Of a stretch of DNA of 32,000 nucleotides, positions 1 to 7,561 are shown piece after piece. The translations under genes and the position numbers were made by a program. The notes beneath the pieces were generated by a model. That model was not told where the DNA came from, did no database searches, and saw only the letters and a program-made list of their open reading frames with translations. Every line of letters starts with the position of its first letter. Position 1 is the stretch's first letter. The stretch comes from Nonlabens ponticola (GTDB lineage Bacteria > Bacteroidota > Bacteroidia > Flavobacteriales > Flavobacteriaceae). The DNA lies in the NCBI RefSeq assembly GCF_003966335.1, contig NZ_CP034549.1, positions 1,440,001-1,472,000 on the forward strand, written 5' to 3'.

Positions 1-352
1 GGCGCGCAAATAAATGATAAACCCAAAACACCAATGCCATGAGTAACGAGTTGACCAGCACTGCAAAGAACATCCCAAAGGCCGTTGAATTATATAACCA
101 GCCTGTTGTCGCGTAATTCCACAACACAAAGGTGAGATAGGCGAGTCCCAAAACTTTCCAGCCTCGCGCTTTTTTTGACTCAACTCTTATAGATCGCTCT
201 ACCAGCAGCAACGGCACAAAGGCTACAAATAATAAAGCAGGAAAACCATAGGTAGGCCACCCCAACCAGAGCAATAGTGCGCTGATCAACGATAAACCTA
301 AAAGTTGTGCGGTGGACAAAAGGATTGATTTTTTAAGACTGCAAAATAACAA
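1..352 (-). CDS. lnt: Apolipoprotein N-acyltransferase (Lnt), N-terminal part; the 3' end lies beyond the left edge of the window
   Basis: Absent from the ORF track because it is truncated. My translation of the minus strand from 352 downward is open to position 1: LLFCSLKKSILLSTAQLLGLSLISALLLWLGWPTYGFPALLFVAFVPLLLVERSIRVESKKARGWKVLGLAYLTFVLWNYATTGWLYNSTAFGMFFAVLVNSLLMALVFWVYHLFAR. This is a multi-TM N-terminus with the LxWPxxGFxxLxFVAFVPLL and WLYNST stretches I associate with Bacteroidota Lnt. There is an in-frame TGA at 353-355 and no ATG, so the start is probably TTG at 352 or 319. Confidence 0.6.
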   Translation of the reverse strand, partial: MLFCSLKKSILLSTAQLLGLSLISALLLWLGWPTYGFPALLFVAFVPLLLVERSIRVESKKARGWKVLGLAYLTFVLWNYATTGWLYNSTAFGMFFAVLVNSLLMALVFWVYHLFAR

Positions 353-372
353 TCAATAGTGTCATATCGCGA

Positions 373-1440
373 TTATCTAAAGACAGATAAATCAATATTG
401 AGCGAGAAAACGTTGCTGTACAGCGCGGCACTTTGATCGCCTATATCAGTTAATGCATAATCTACTGATATGCCCTTGTACTTAAATCCTATCCCGATAT
501 TAGGCTGGAAAGTCACGTCATCATTGCCATCGAGTTGCTGTACATTCTGGAAATTACCGACTCCGGCACGCACAAATACCAAATCTGTATAACCGTATTG
601 CAATCCTAGGGCTGGCGTGGCGCTTATGGAACCGCTGGAGAATATGTCGTTAGTCTGTATAAATCGCATGTTTAAATCGACCTCGGCGAGAAGCACATGA
701 TCATAGTGAAATACAAACTCGCGAGCAATGCCTAGTTGTAGTTTTGGTAAGGTGATTTCAGTCGTTTCTGGAAGTTCTTGATTTTGGTTTTCTACGGCAT
801 CGCTTACCGTCGCAAACTCGTCCTCATCGATGGACCACGTATTATAGGTGGTTGTAATATCTCTTACCATCGCGCCAAATTTCCATTTACCACGCTCCAA
901 TTGAACACCTAGATCAATACCAAAGCCAATTGAACTCGCAAAATCACCTATCACGCGACGTATGATCTTGACGTTACCACCATATGAAAAACCGTCCAGT
1001 TTTGATTCACGAGCATAGGATGCAGTGACAGCCCAATCTGCGGTAGAAAAGGTAGAAATACGATCATAATTAATGTTTCCTTGATCGTCGATAAGTTGTG
1101 TCGTATTCAAAATATCATCGACTGAAAATCTTATTACGGAAAATCCTATGGCACTTTGATCATCAATAGGCATAGCGTATGCACCGTAGTTGTATTGTGC
1201 GATGTTGGCAAAATAGCTTGAGTGCATCAGCGAGATTTCCTTTTCTTCCAGCTGCATGAGTCCTGCTGGATTCCAGTAACCTGCGTTGACATTGCTGGTG
1301 CTGGCAACCACGGCGTTGCTCATTCCCAATGCTGCTGCATCGACACCTATGTTCAAAAATTCATTGGAATAGGCTCTTGAGGTTTGCGCTTTCGCGAAAG
1401 CGGAACAAACTAAAATTAAAATAACACTATAGTATCTCAA
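373..1440 (-). CDS. PorV/PorQ-family outer-membrane beta-barrel protein (T9SS-associated family)
   Basis: 355-aa ORF with a signal peptide (MRYYSVILILVCSAFA|KAQ). The N-terminal stretch FLNIGVDAAALGMSNAVVASTSNVNAGYWNPAGL resembles the PorV-family signature (xxDARxxGMGxxGVA...WNPAxL). The alternating beta-strand pattern and the C-terminal aromatic residue (..LSVFR) fit an OMP. Confidence 0.6.
   Translation of the reverse strand: MRYYSVILILVCSAFAKAQTSRAYSNEFLNIGVDAAALGMSNAVVASTSNVNAGYWNPAGLMQLEEKEISLMHSSYFANIAQYNYGAYAMPIDDQSAIGFSVIRFSVDDILNTTQLIDDQGNINYDRISTFSTADWAVTASYARESKLDGFSYGGNVKIIRRVIGDFASSIGFGIDLGVQLERGKWKFGAMVRDITTTYNTWSIDEDEFATVSDAVENQNQELPETTEITLPKLQLGIAREFVFHYDHVLLAEVDLNMRFIQTNDIFSSGSISATPALGLQYGYTDLVFVRAGVGNFQNVQQLDGNDDVTFQPNIGIGFKYKGISVDYALTDIGDQSAALYSNVFSLNIDLSVFR
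1388..1401. repeat. GCTTTCGCGAAAGC palindrome, copy 1 (extended CGCTTTCGCGAAAGCGGAA, 1387-1405)
   Basis: Perfect 14-bp palindrome. It lies inside the PorV-family gene at codons 14-18 and encodes AFAKA within the signal peptide (CSAFA|KAQ). Confidence 0.95.
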
Positions 1441-1557
1441 GTAAAGGCTCGTTGTGATGGCAAATATCTAGGTTTATCAATTAATAACTATGTTTTATAC
1501 GGGATATTGCCTCTGGCAGTTGCGTTTAAAGGATGATATTTATGCATATTTGTAGAA

Positions 1558-2319
1558 GTGAAGAAATACGTCCCAAATCTTATAACGCTAGGTAATTTAT
1601 TCTGTGGTTGTATTGCTGCCATGTTTGCCTTTGCTGATGATATAGTTTGGGCAGGTGTTTTTGTAGCAGGTGGTATTTTTCTTGACTTTTTTGATGGTCT
1701 CGCTGCTAGATTATTAAACGTTTCTAGTGAGCTAGGTGGCCAGCTGGATTCACTGGCAGATATGGTGACAAGCGGTCTTGTTCCTGGGATCGTGATGTTT
1801 CAGATGTTATCAGATTCACTAGGAGTCGCATTTTTGGATGATATGGCATTTACAGCAGCTGCAGACCAAGCGATGTTCCTACTTCCTATAAAAAATTACA
1901 TACCATTCATAGGCTTTTTAATTACGGCAGCTAGCTGTTACAGACTAGCAAAATTTAATATCGACACCAGACAAACCGATAGTTTTATAGGCTTGCCCAC
2001 GCCAGCTAATGCTATTTTTATCATATCACTTGCTATCATTCTAGATATCACAGAGGTTGATTGGATTTATAACCTACTGGATAACCCGTACTTCTTGCTT
2101 GCCATAACAGGCTTGAGCTGCTTCATGCTTAATGCTGAGCTGCCATTATTTGCCCTTAAGTTCAAGAATTTTGGGTTTAAAGGGAATGAGATACGTTGGA
2201 TCTTTGTCGCCGTATGTCTTTCCATGATAATACTGCTTAAGATTTATGCAGTGCCGTTGATTATCATATTGTACGTGGTAATGAGCGTGCTGAATTTGCA
2301 GTTGAATCACGCGAAGTAA
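1558..2319 (+). CDS. pssA: CDP-diacylglycerol--serine O-phosphatidyltransferase (CDP-alcohol phosphatidyltransferase family)
   Basis: The CDP-alcohol phosphatidyltransferase motif DFFDGLAARLLNVSSELGGQLDSLADMV (DGx2ARx8Gx3Dx3D) is present. The protein is multi-TM. The start codon is GTG. Confidence 0.8.
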   Translation: MKKYVPNLITLGNLFCGCIAAMFAFADDIVWAGVFVAGGIFLDFFDGLAARLLNVSSELGGQLDSLADMVTSGLVPGIVMFQMLSDSLGVAFLDDMAFTAAADQAMFLLPIKNYIPFIGFLITAASCYRLAKFNIDTRQTDSFIGLPTPANAIFIISLAIILDITEVDWIYNLLDNPYFLLAITGLSCFMLNAELPLFALKFKNFGFKGNEIRWIFVAVCLSMIILLKIYAVPLIIILYVVMSVLNLQLNHAK

Positions 2320-2324
2320 TCTTT

Positions 2325-3071
2325 CTACTCAAAAATCTTCTTCTTTCTCAATTCAAAGTTTTGTCCTAGATAGACGCGACGTACGACTTCGTCTTCGGCG
2401 AGTTCTTCTGGGTTTCCTTGTTTTAGGATTTTACCTTCAAACATGAGGTAAGTACGGTCTGTAATGGCGAGTGTTTCTTGAACGTTGTGATCGGTAATAA
2501 GAATACCAATATTCTTCTTAGTCAGCTGCGCGACTATACGTTGTATATCTTCTACCGCGACTGGATCCACACCAGCGAACGGCTCGTCCAGTAGTATAAA
2601 GTTAGGATTTGTCGCTAGTGCACGAGCGATCTCGGTGCGGCGTCGCTCACCACCAGAAAGTAGATCACCACGACGTTTGCGACGCTCTGTCAAACCAAAT
2701 TCCTCCAGTAACAGGTCGCAACGCTCACGCTGCTCTTTTTTAGAAAGATCAGTTAATTGTAATACACCTAGAATGTTATCCTCGATGGATAGCTTGCGGA
2801 AAACCGATGCCTCTTGAGCCAGATAACCTATACCATTTTGTGCGCGCTTGTACATGGCATATTTGGTAATATCTATATCGTTTAAAAATACTTTGCCGGC
2901 CGTAGGCTTTACCAGACCTACCATCATATAGAATGTGGTAGTTTTGCCGGCACCATTGGGTCCTAGCAAACCCACAATCTCGCCTTGATTCACCTCGAGC
3001 GATACGCCTTTTACGACTGGTCTGCCTTTGTAGGCCTTCTGTAAATTGTCTGCGGTAAGAATTTCTTGCAT
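2325..3071 (-). CDS. lptB: LPS export ABC transporter ATP-binding protein LptB
   Basis: 248 aa with canonical Walker [10 protein letters not shown], signature LSGGERRR, Walker [13 protein letters not shown] and H-loop ITDHN. Size and N-terminus (LxAxNLxKxYKGRxVV) are typical of LptB. Confidence 0.85.
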   Translation of the reverse strand: MQEILTADNLQKAYKGRPVVKGVSLEVNQGEIVGLLGPNGAGKTTTFYMMVGLVKPTAGKVFLNDIDITKYAMYKRAQNGIGYLAQEASVFRKLSIEDNILGVLQLTDLSKKEQRERCDLLLEEFGLTERRKRRGDLLSGGERRRTEIARALATNPNFILLDEPFAGVDPVAVEDIQRIVAQLTKKNIGILITDHNVQETLAITDRTYLMFEGKILKQGNPEELAEDEVVRRVYLGQNFELRKKKIFE

Positions 3072-3151
3072 GTCACAAATTTAGTTTTTCAATTTTACTT
3101 TATGTTATCTATATCTAGAATTTACTAGCTTGCGACTATATTACAATAAGC

Positions 3152-3382
3152 ATGCAATTACCCAGATTTCTCATAGGTGATAACTCACAACATCCCGAAG
3201 ATATTTTTGTGATACATCTAGATTATCCACGATTTATCATTAATCTCAAAGATGATGAGCTGGAGTTTCTCGAGGATATCGATAAGGCAGACAAGGAAGA
3301 TCTAGCCGAGGAAACTAAAAACCTAGTAGAAGAAGCCAGCAGATTCTATGATACAGAGTCTGAATTTTACGAAAATGAATGA
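3152..3382 (+). CDS. Small acidic hypothetical protein (76 aa)
   Basis: Clean ORF in an otherwise empty gap. Its stop overlaps the ATG at 3375 of the next gene by 8 nt (coupling). I recognise no family. Confidence 0.45.
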   Translation: MQLPRFLIGDNSQHPEDIFVIHLDYPRFIINLKDDELEFLEDIDKADKEDLAEETKNLVEEASRFYDTESEFYENE

Positions 3383-3944
3383 TGTAAAAGAGCTGGATTG
3401 GGATGCTACCGTTGCGCTCAATGATTGGGGAAACGACGGCGTCGATCTGTTTTTCAATATCATCACTCACAAACTATATGCGATACCTTTTTATCTGGTG
3501 TTGCTTTATTTTTTTTACCAGAAACTAGGCTGGAAGAACACATTGATTTCTTTGCTAGCTATAGCAATTTTAATAGCGGCAAGTGACCAGATTGCAAATC
3601 TTTTCAAAGATGGATTTGAGCGTTTGCGACCTTTTAGAGAACCAGCGCTGGATGGTATAATTTCTAAAGTGGGCCGCAGTGGTGGTACCTATGGCTTTTA
3701 CAGTGCACACGCCAGTAGCGCGATAGGTCTAGCGACATTTGTTTGTTTGCTTTTATGGCAATCGCAGCGAGTTTTATGCGTCGTAACCATCATTTGGGCT
3801 TTTTTAGTAGCCTACAGCCGTGTTTATTTAGGACTTCACTATCTAGGTGATGTGCTTATGGGCGGCATTATGGGCTTATTACTAGGTATATTGATTTTTA
3901 GAGGTTTTGCTTTCGCGAAAGCAAAATACAGAAAAACCAACTAG
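3375..3944 (+). CDS. PAP2-family phosphatase (undecaprenyl-diphosphatase/lipid phosphatase-like), membrane
   Basis: PAP2 tripartite motif: KDGFERLRP, YSAHAS (PSGH-like) and SRVYLGLHYLGD. The protein is multi-TM. I prefer the ATG at 3375 (MNDVKEL...) over the track start at 3348, which sits inside the upstream ORF. Confidence 0.75.
   Translation: MNDVKELDWDATVALNDWGNDGVDLFFNIITHKLYAIPFYLVLLYFFYQKLGWKNTLISLLAIAILIAASDQIANLFKDGFERLRPFREPALDGIISKVGRSGGTYGFYSAHASSAIGLATFVCLLLWQSQRVLCVVTIIWAFLVAYSRVYLGLHYLGDVLMGGIMGLLLGILIFRGFAFAKAKYRKTN
3909..3922. repeat. GCTTTCGCGAAAGC palindrome, copy 2 (perfect 22-bp palindrome TTTTGCTTTCGCGAAAGCAAAA, 3905-3926)
   Basis: It lies inside the PAP2 gene at codons 188-192 of the track ORF and encodes AFAKA, 7 residues from the C-terminus. 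Confidence 0.95.
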
Positions 3945-3956
3945 CAAATAATATGA

Positions 3957-4832
3957 TCAATTGGTCATCACCAGCTCTATAGCAAGTTCATAATCATTGC
4001 CTTTATTGAAGTTATTCTCAAGAGAAAGCCATTTCCCACCTGAATATCTACTCAAGCTAGAATTCCTGAATTGCCTATCACGTACGGCGATTTTAGGTTC
4101 GTATGAAATACCGTCCTTTCGTTTTTTACCATCGCTATCAGTATAGGTATAGGTATGCTTATTCTCATCTATGATAAGAAATTCATATACAATCATCAAT
4201 CCAGTATCTGGAAATCTAATATTCAATGAGTCCAGATCAACTTCGGTGATTTTCCTTCCCTTTTTAGCGTGACCGTAAATACGGTCGTCATGCAAGGGAA
4301 ATTGTTTCAAACTATCATTTCCAGCATAGAGTTGTATCTCAAATTTGGCATCCTTGATATCACTGCTGGTGACCAGTTTTAATTTGGAGAGGAAAGGAGT
4401 GTTGTGATAAGCAGAATCCTTGGGTATAATCATCCCAATCTTCCATGGTTTCAAACCACATGATATATAGAGACTCGATTTTCTGCTTTTAATTGCGCCG
4501 TAAGATTTGATTTCCGTGCCTTTAGGTTTCTCAATTATGACATCCTCAAGCTGTGTTAGGCTTTCTTTTAAACTGATCGTTTGATCAAGCTCGTCAGCAG
4601 CAATTTCAAGAGATTGATACCCTAAGGCACTCAATATTAGAGTATCTTTTTCTTTAATCATAATCCCAAAACGGCCGCTTGCATCGCTCGTTGTACCAGT
4701 GTTAGAATTTTTAATCCAAATATTTACTAATGGAATACCAGCACCAGTGCTATCATCTACCACCTGAAATCCTGATTGAGCCGCTAGGCTATAGGTGCAA
4801 AAGCTGATGAGAATCACAAATAAGCTCTTCAT
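3957..4832 (-). CDS. Secreted protein with N-terminal carboxypeptidase-regulatory-like (CarboxypepD_reg) domain
   Basis: Signal peptide MKSLFVILISFCTYSLAAQ. The pattern VVDDSTGAGIPLVNIWIKNSNTGTTSDASGRFGI...LSALGYQS is typical of CarbopepD_reg_2 domains. The remainder is unassigned. Confidence 0.55.
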   Translation of the reverse strand: MKSLFVILISFCTYSLAAQSGFQVVDDSTGAGIPLVNIWIKNSNTGTTSDASGRFGIMIKEKDTLILSALGYQSLEIAADELDQTISLKESLTQLEDVIIEKPKGTEIKSYGAIKSRKSSLYISCGLKPWKIGMIIPKDSAYHNTPFLSKLKLVTSSDIKDAKFEIQLYAGNDSLKQFPLHDDRIYGHAKKGRKITEVDLDSLNIRFPDTGLMIVYEFLIIDENKHTYTYTDSDGKKRKDGISYEPKIAVRDRQFRNSSLSRYSGGKWLSLENNFNKGNDYELAIELVMTN

Positions 4833-5866
4833 TAAGATTGTTTTAGAATAGCATCTGCTGCATCAAAAGCTGTTATTTCTCGCTTTAAAATCTGTTGTTC
4901 CAAATTTTTAATTCTTGAAACTACATCTGTTTTATGGTAAAAGTCAGACTTCAATCGATCCTCGATGGTTTGATGGAACCAGTAAAGTTCTTGTTGCTCT
5001 CTGCGTTTTTGAAAGTGATGGCTCTCCTTTGTTTGGCTTTCAAAATCGGTAAGATGTTCATGTATATCCTCAATTCCAGATGAATTGATAGCGCTACATG
5101 TAAATGCTCTTACTAGGAATTGATGAGATTTTACTGGCAGCATGTGCACGGCATTTTGAAACTCTCGTCTAGCCCGTTGTGCGGCTGATTCATTGTCACC
5201 ATCTGCCTTGTTGATCACGATAGCATCTGCCATTTCCATGATGCCACGCTTGATACCTTGTAAATCATCGCCGGCGCCGGCAAGTTTGAGCAGTAGAAAA
5301 AAGTCTGTCATACTGTGAACAGCGGTCTCGCTTTGACCTACACCAACTGTTTCAACTATGATAAAATCATAGCCAGCTGCCTCACATAAAATAATCGCCT
5401 CTCGAGTCTTGCGAGCCACACCACCTAATGTTGCACCGGCAGGACTAGGTCTGATAAAGGCTTTATCGCTCTTGACCAGCTCTTCCATACGGGTCTTATC
5501 GCCTAGAATACTACCACGCGATTGACTACTGGATGGATCAATCGCCAGCACGGCAACCTTTTTATCTGCAGTAATCAATTGAATTCCTAGCGCTTCAATA
5601 AATGTAGATTTACCAACGCCTGGCACGCCTGTTATTCCTAATCTAAATGATTTTCCAGAGTGAGGTAGGCTTTTTTTAAGTAACGCTTTCGCGAAAGCGG
5701 AATCGCCACCAGCAGTACTCTCAACCAAAGTAATTGCCTTGCTCAAGGCACTGATGTCGCCCTTTCTAAGATTGTAAAAAAGCAAATCCACGTCCAGATC
5801 CTTTTTAATGAATCGATGACGTGGATTGATGTGTGAGGTAGACAAATTGCGACTTTTAGGATGCAT
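4832..5866 (-). CDS. meaB: Methylmalonyl-CoA mutase-associated G-protein chaperone MeaB/ArgK (LAO/AO transport system ATPase family)
   Basis: P-loop GITGVPGVGKSTFIEALG, then AVLAIDPSS...GSILGDKTRM, VETVGVGQSE and INKADG (NKxD). Its stop TAA overlaps the downstream ATG by 1 nt (TAATG at 4830-4834). Confidence 0.85.
   Translation of the reverse strand: MHPKSRNLSTSHINPRHRFIKKDLDVDLLFYNLRKGDISALSKAITLVESTAGGDSAFAKALLKKSLPHSGKSFRLGITGVPGVGKSTFIEALGIQLITADKKVAVLAIDPSSSQSRGSILGDKTRMEELVKSDKAFIRPSPAGATLGGVARKTREAIILCEAAGYDFIIVETVGVGQSETAVHSMTDFFLLLKLAGAGDDLQGIKRGIMEMADAIVINKADGDNESAAQRARREFQNAVHMLPVKSHQFLVRAFTCSAINSSGIEDIHEHLTDFESQTKESHHFQKRREQQELYWFHQTIEDRLKSDFYHKTDVVSRIKNLEQQILKREITAFDAADAILKQS
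5685..5698. repeat. GCTTTCGCGAAAGC palindrome, copy 3 (extended CGCTTTCGCGAAAGCGGAA, 5684-5702)
   Basis: It lies inside meaB at codons 57-61 and encodes AFAKA (DSAFAKALL). Confidence 0.95.
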
Positions 5867-5897
5867 AAAGATCGCATTTTATCTCAATAGGAGATGA

Positions 5898-6242
5898 CTA
5901 GCAGTCCATTTCTTTGCATGGATCGTGGCCCCAGTTTTTTAAACTGTATCTCCAGTCGCTTTCTTTAATATCGCTATCAGGAGTCTGTGCTTTATGTCTG
6001 TGTACATAGCCTATGACCTTATTCATGTGGTCATAATTGGTGTCTGTAAGCTCGTCTTTTTTCTTGTTTTTGATCTTGATGATCTTGCGTCCAGATTTAT
6101 GACCTTTGGACTCGCCATCGCCGCTATCGCTGCCTACACTTTTTGATTTGTCTGTTTCTAGCCAGTCTTCCAGTTCGCTGGGCGTCATGTTGACTACATT
6201 ATAGAACTCGTCATAGATCTCGTCTTTGCTTTTATCGCTCAT
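5898..6242 (-). CDS. DUF3140-family protein
   Basis: The pattern TPSELEDWLETDKSKSVG...ESKGHKSGRKII...HMNKVIGYVHRHKAQ...WRYSLKNWGHDP matches my memory of DUF3140. I prefer the ATG at 6242 (MSDKSKDE..) over the TTG at 6257. Confidence 0.6.
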   Translation of the reverse strand: MSDKSKDEIYDEFYNVVNMTPSELEDWLETDKSKSVGSDSGDGESKGHKSGRKIIKIKNKKKDELTDTNYDHMNKVIGYVHRHKAQTPDSDIKESDWRYSLKNWGHDPCKEMDC

Positions 6243-6341
6243 CGTTTTTGTTGTCAAGATAAGAAGGATCAGGTAGGTATAAACTTTGAGGAATGTTAAG
6301 GTGAAAATTTTTCAGCAGTTGGTTCATGGGTCTTTGCTGAA

Positions 6342-7436
6342 TCAAAAATCATCTATCGCTTTGGCCAAGTTTTTAAAATGCTTGCTTTGTAGGTTTTTGG
6401 TAAATAGACCTTTTAGCGCTCGATTGCTGAAGATCACTTTACCTGTTTGAGATTGAACGACTTCAATATATTGAGACCGGAAAAGGTCGACATACCTCAA
6501 ATAATAAAAACTTTCTCCTGCCATGATCTTTTCGTTGATACTGTCTGTATCAACGACTTTGTACTCGTGATCATACTTCTTCATTTTTTTGATCAAAAAA
6601 TCCTTGTCAACTTCGTAGACACTGCTCAGGATATTAAGTTTGATGCGCGTGTATGAAGGAATGTACAGAGTGTTTGTTTTAAGGTTTTGCAATTCTGAAG
6701 AGGCGGTATTGTCATATCTGCTTATGACAAAGTCATTTTGTATAGCATCACTTATGGCCTGTAAATAATTTTTAAGCATGCCGTAATCAAGATTGTAGTA
6801 ATAATCCTTCTTATAGACATTAGTATAAATATCTGCGATATTGAGTTTGTCTTGATTTTTATCCATCAGCCCTTCGTCGACGAGTGAGCTCTTTTTATCT
6901 TTTAATACGCTTTGGTTAATATCAGCAACGGCAAGGTTATTATCGTGCAATGCTACAGTCGCAAACGATGTTTTTGATTGAACAATCATACGTTCTTTTG
7001 CCAAAGTATATTTTTCTTTATCAAAATCTGTAAGCCTCAGTTCTTCTAGATTTTCAAGCTGTTTAGATTTATCCCAAACATAAAAATCCAATTGATGATT
7101 TGCGAAATAGCTCATGAGACCATTAGTGGTAAGTGTGTTGACATTAGGAGAAAATCTGCAAACTGAATATTTGGGCAAACTGTACTCCAATGGATCGAAT
7201 TCTGCATGATCTATGATCAAAAATGGTGATATAGACCAAACTTCTTCAATCAACGACTGAAGCTTTTGTTTTTCTAAGTAATCTGGTTTGACAAAAATCA
7301 ATGTAGTATTTGAAAGCTGCTCTACAAATGACTCTTTTAATGGAGTAATTGTGCCCTTTTCTTCAATGCCCACATTTATTTGTCCCAGGCCAGTAGCTAA
7401 ATAAAAGAATATGGCAAATTGCAGTGATCGTATCAT
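6342..7436 (-). CDS. Hypothetical secreted protein (364 aa), no recognised family
   Basis: Long uninterrupted ORF with a hydrophobic N-terminus (MIRSLQFAIFFYLATGLGQ). Asn/Lys/Asp-rich, with no motif I recognise. Confidence 0.5.
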   Translation of the reverse strand: MIRSLQFAIFFYLATGLGQINVGIEEKGTITPLKESFVEQLSNTTLIFVKPDYLEKQKLQSLIEEVWSISPFLIIDHAEFDPLEYSLPKYSVCRFSPNVNTLTTNGLMSYFANHQLDFYVWDKSKQLENLEELRLTDFDKEKYTLAKERMIVQSKTSFATVALHDNNLAVADINQSVLKDKKSSLVDEGLMDKNQDKLNIADIYTNVYKKDYYYNLDYGMLKNYLQAISDAIQNDFVISRYDNTASSELQNLKTNTLYIPSYTRIKLNILSSVYEVDKDFLIKKMKKYDHEYKVVDTDSINEKIMAGESFYYLRYVDLFRSQYIEVVQSQTGKVIFSNRALKGLFTKNLQSKHFKNLAKAIDDF

Positions 7437-7497
7437 TTATAAGTAAAAGAAGTGAAATCAAATATAAAATAATCGAAATGATGAAGTGTTACCCAAC

Positions 7498-7525
7498 AAA
7501 AAATGCTCTACTATTTGCAGAGCAT
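7498..7525 (-). terminator. Rho-independent terminator downstream of secA
   Basis: The minus strand reads ATGCTCT-gcaaatagt-AGAGCAT followed by TTTTT. That is a 7-bp stem (7503-7509 / 7519-7525), a 9-nt loop and a T-run (7498-7502). It begins 37 nt after the secA stop. Confidence 0.6.
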
Positions 7526-7538
7526 CTCTTATAATTAC

Positions 7539-7552
7539 GCTTTCGCGAAAGC
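7539..7552. repeat. GCTTTCGCGAAAGC palindrome, copy 4 (extended TTACGCTTTCGCGAAAGCTA, 7535-7554)
   Basis: Intergenic. It sits between the secA stop (7562) and the secA terminator (7498-7525). Confidence 0.95.
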
Positions 7553-7561
7553 TACATCGCA

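Noticed and set aside
2635-2817. Small ORFs overlap well-supported genes: 2635-2817, 6447-6656, 11063-11248, 13573-13998, 14491-14703, 14650-14841, 15557-15895, 15660-15860, 17117-17326, 17728-17997, 20455-20637, 21993-22211, 23891-24094, 24535-24726 and 29918-30211.
   Set aside because: All are embedded in or antisense to longer ORFs with clear family signatures. None has independent support.
3076-3083. TAAATTTG (minus strand) looks like a -7 promoter box for lptB.
   Set aside because: It matches TAnnTTTG but ends only 4 nt before the ATG, so the transcription start would fall within or after the start codon. That is too uncertain to call.
3348-3374. The ORF track gives 5'-extended starts at 3348 (PAP2), 6257 (DUF3140), 14810 (kpsF), 22868 (tpiA) and 29295 (TolC).
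   Set aside because: Each extension overlaps the neighbouring gene and adds residues that do not belong to the family N-terminus. Internal ATGs (3375, 6242, 14774, 22922, 29340) give canonical N-termini or signal peptides.
6290-6341. A stem-loop, TTCAGCA...TGCTGAA, lies downstream of the 364-aa gene and could be a terminator.
   Set aside because: The loop is about 17 nt, and on the relevant strand the stem is followed by AAAAATTTT rather than a T-run. It is not convincing.
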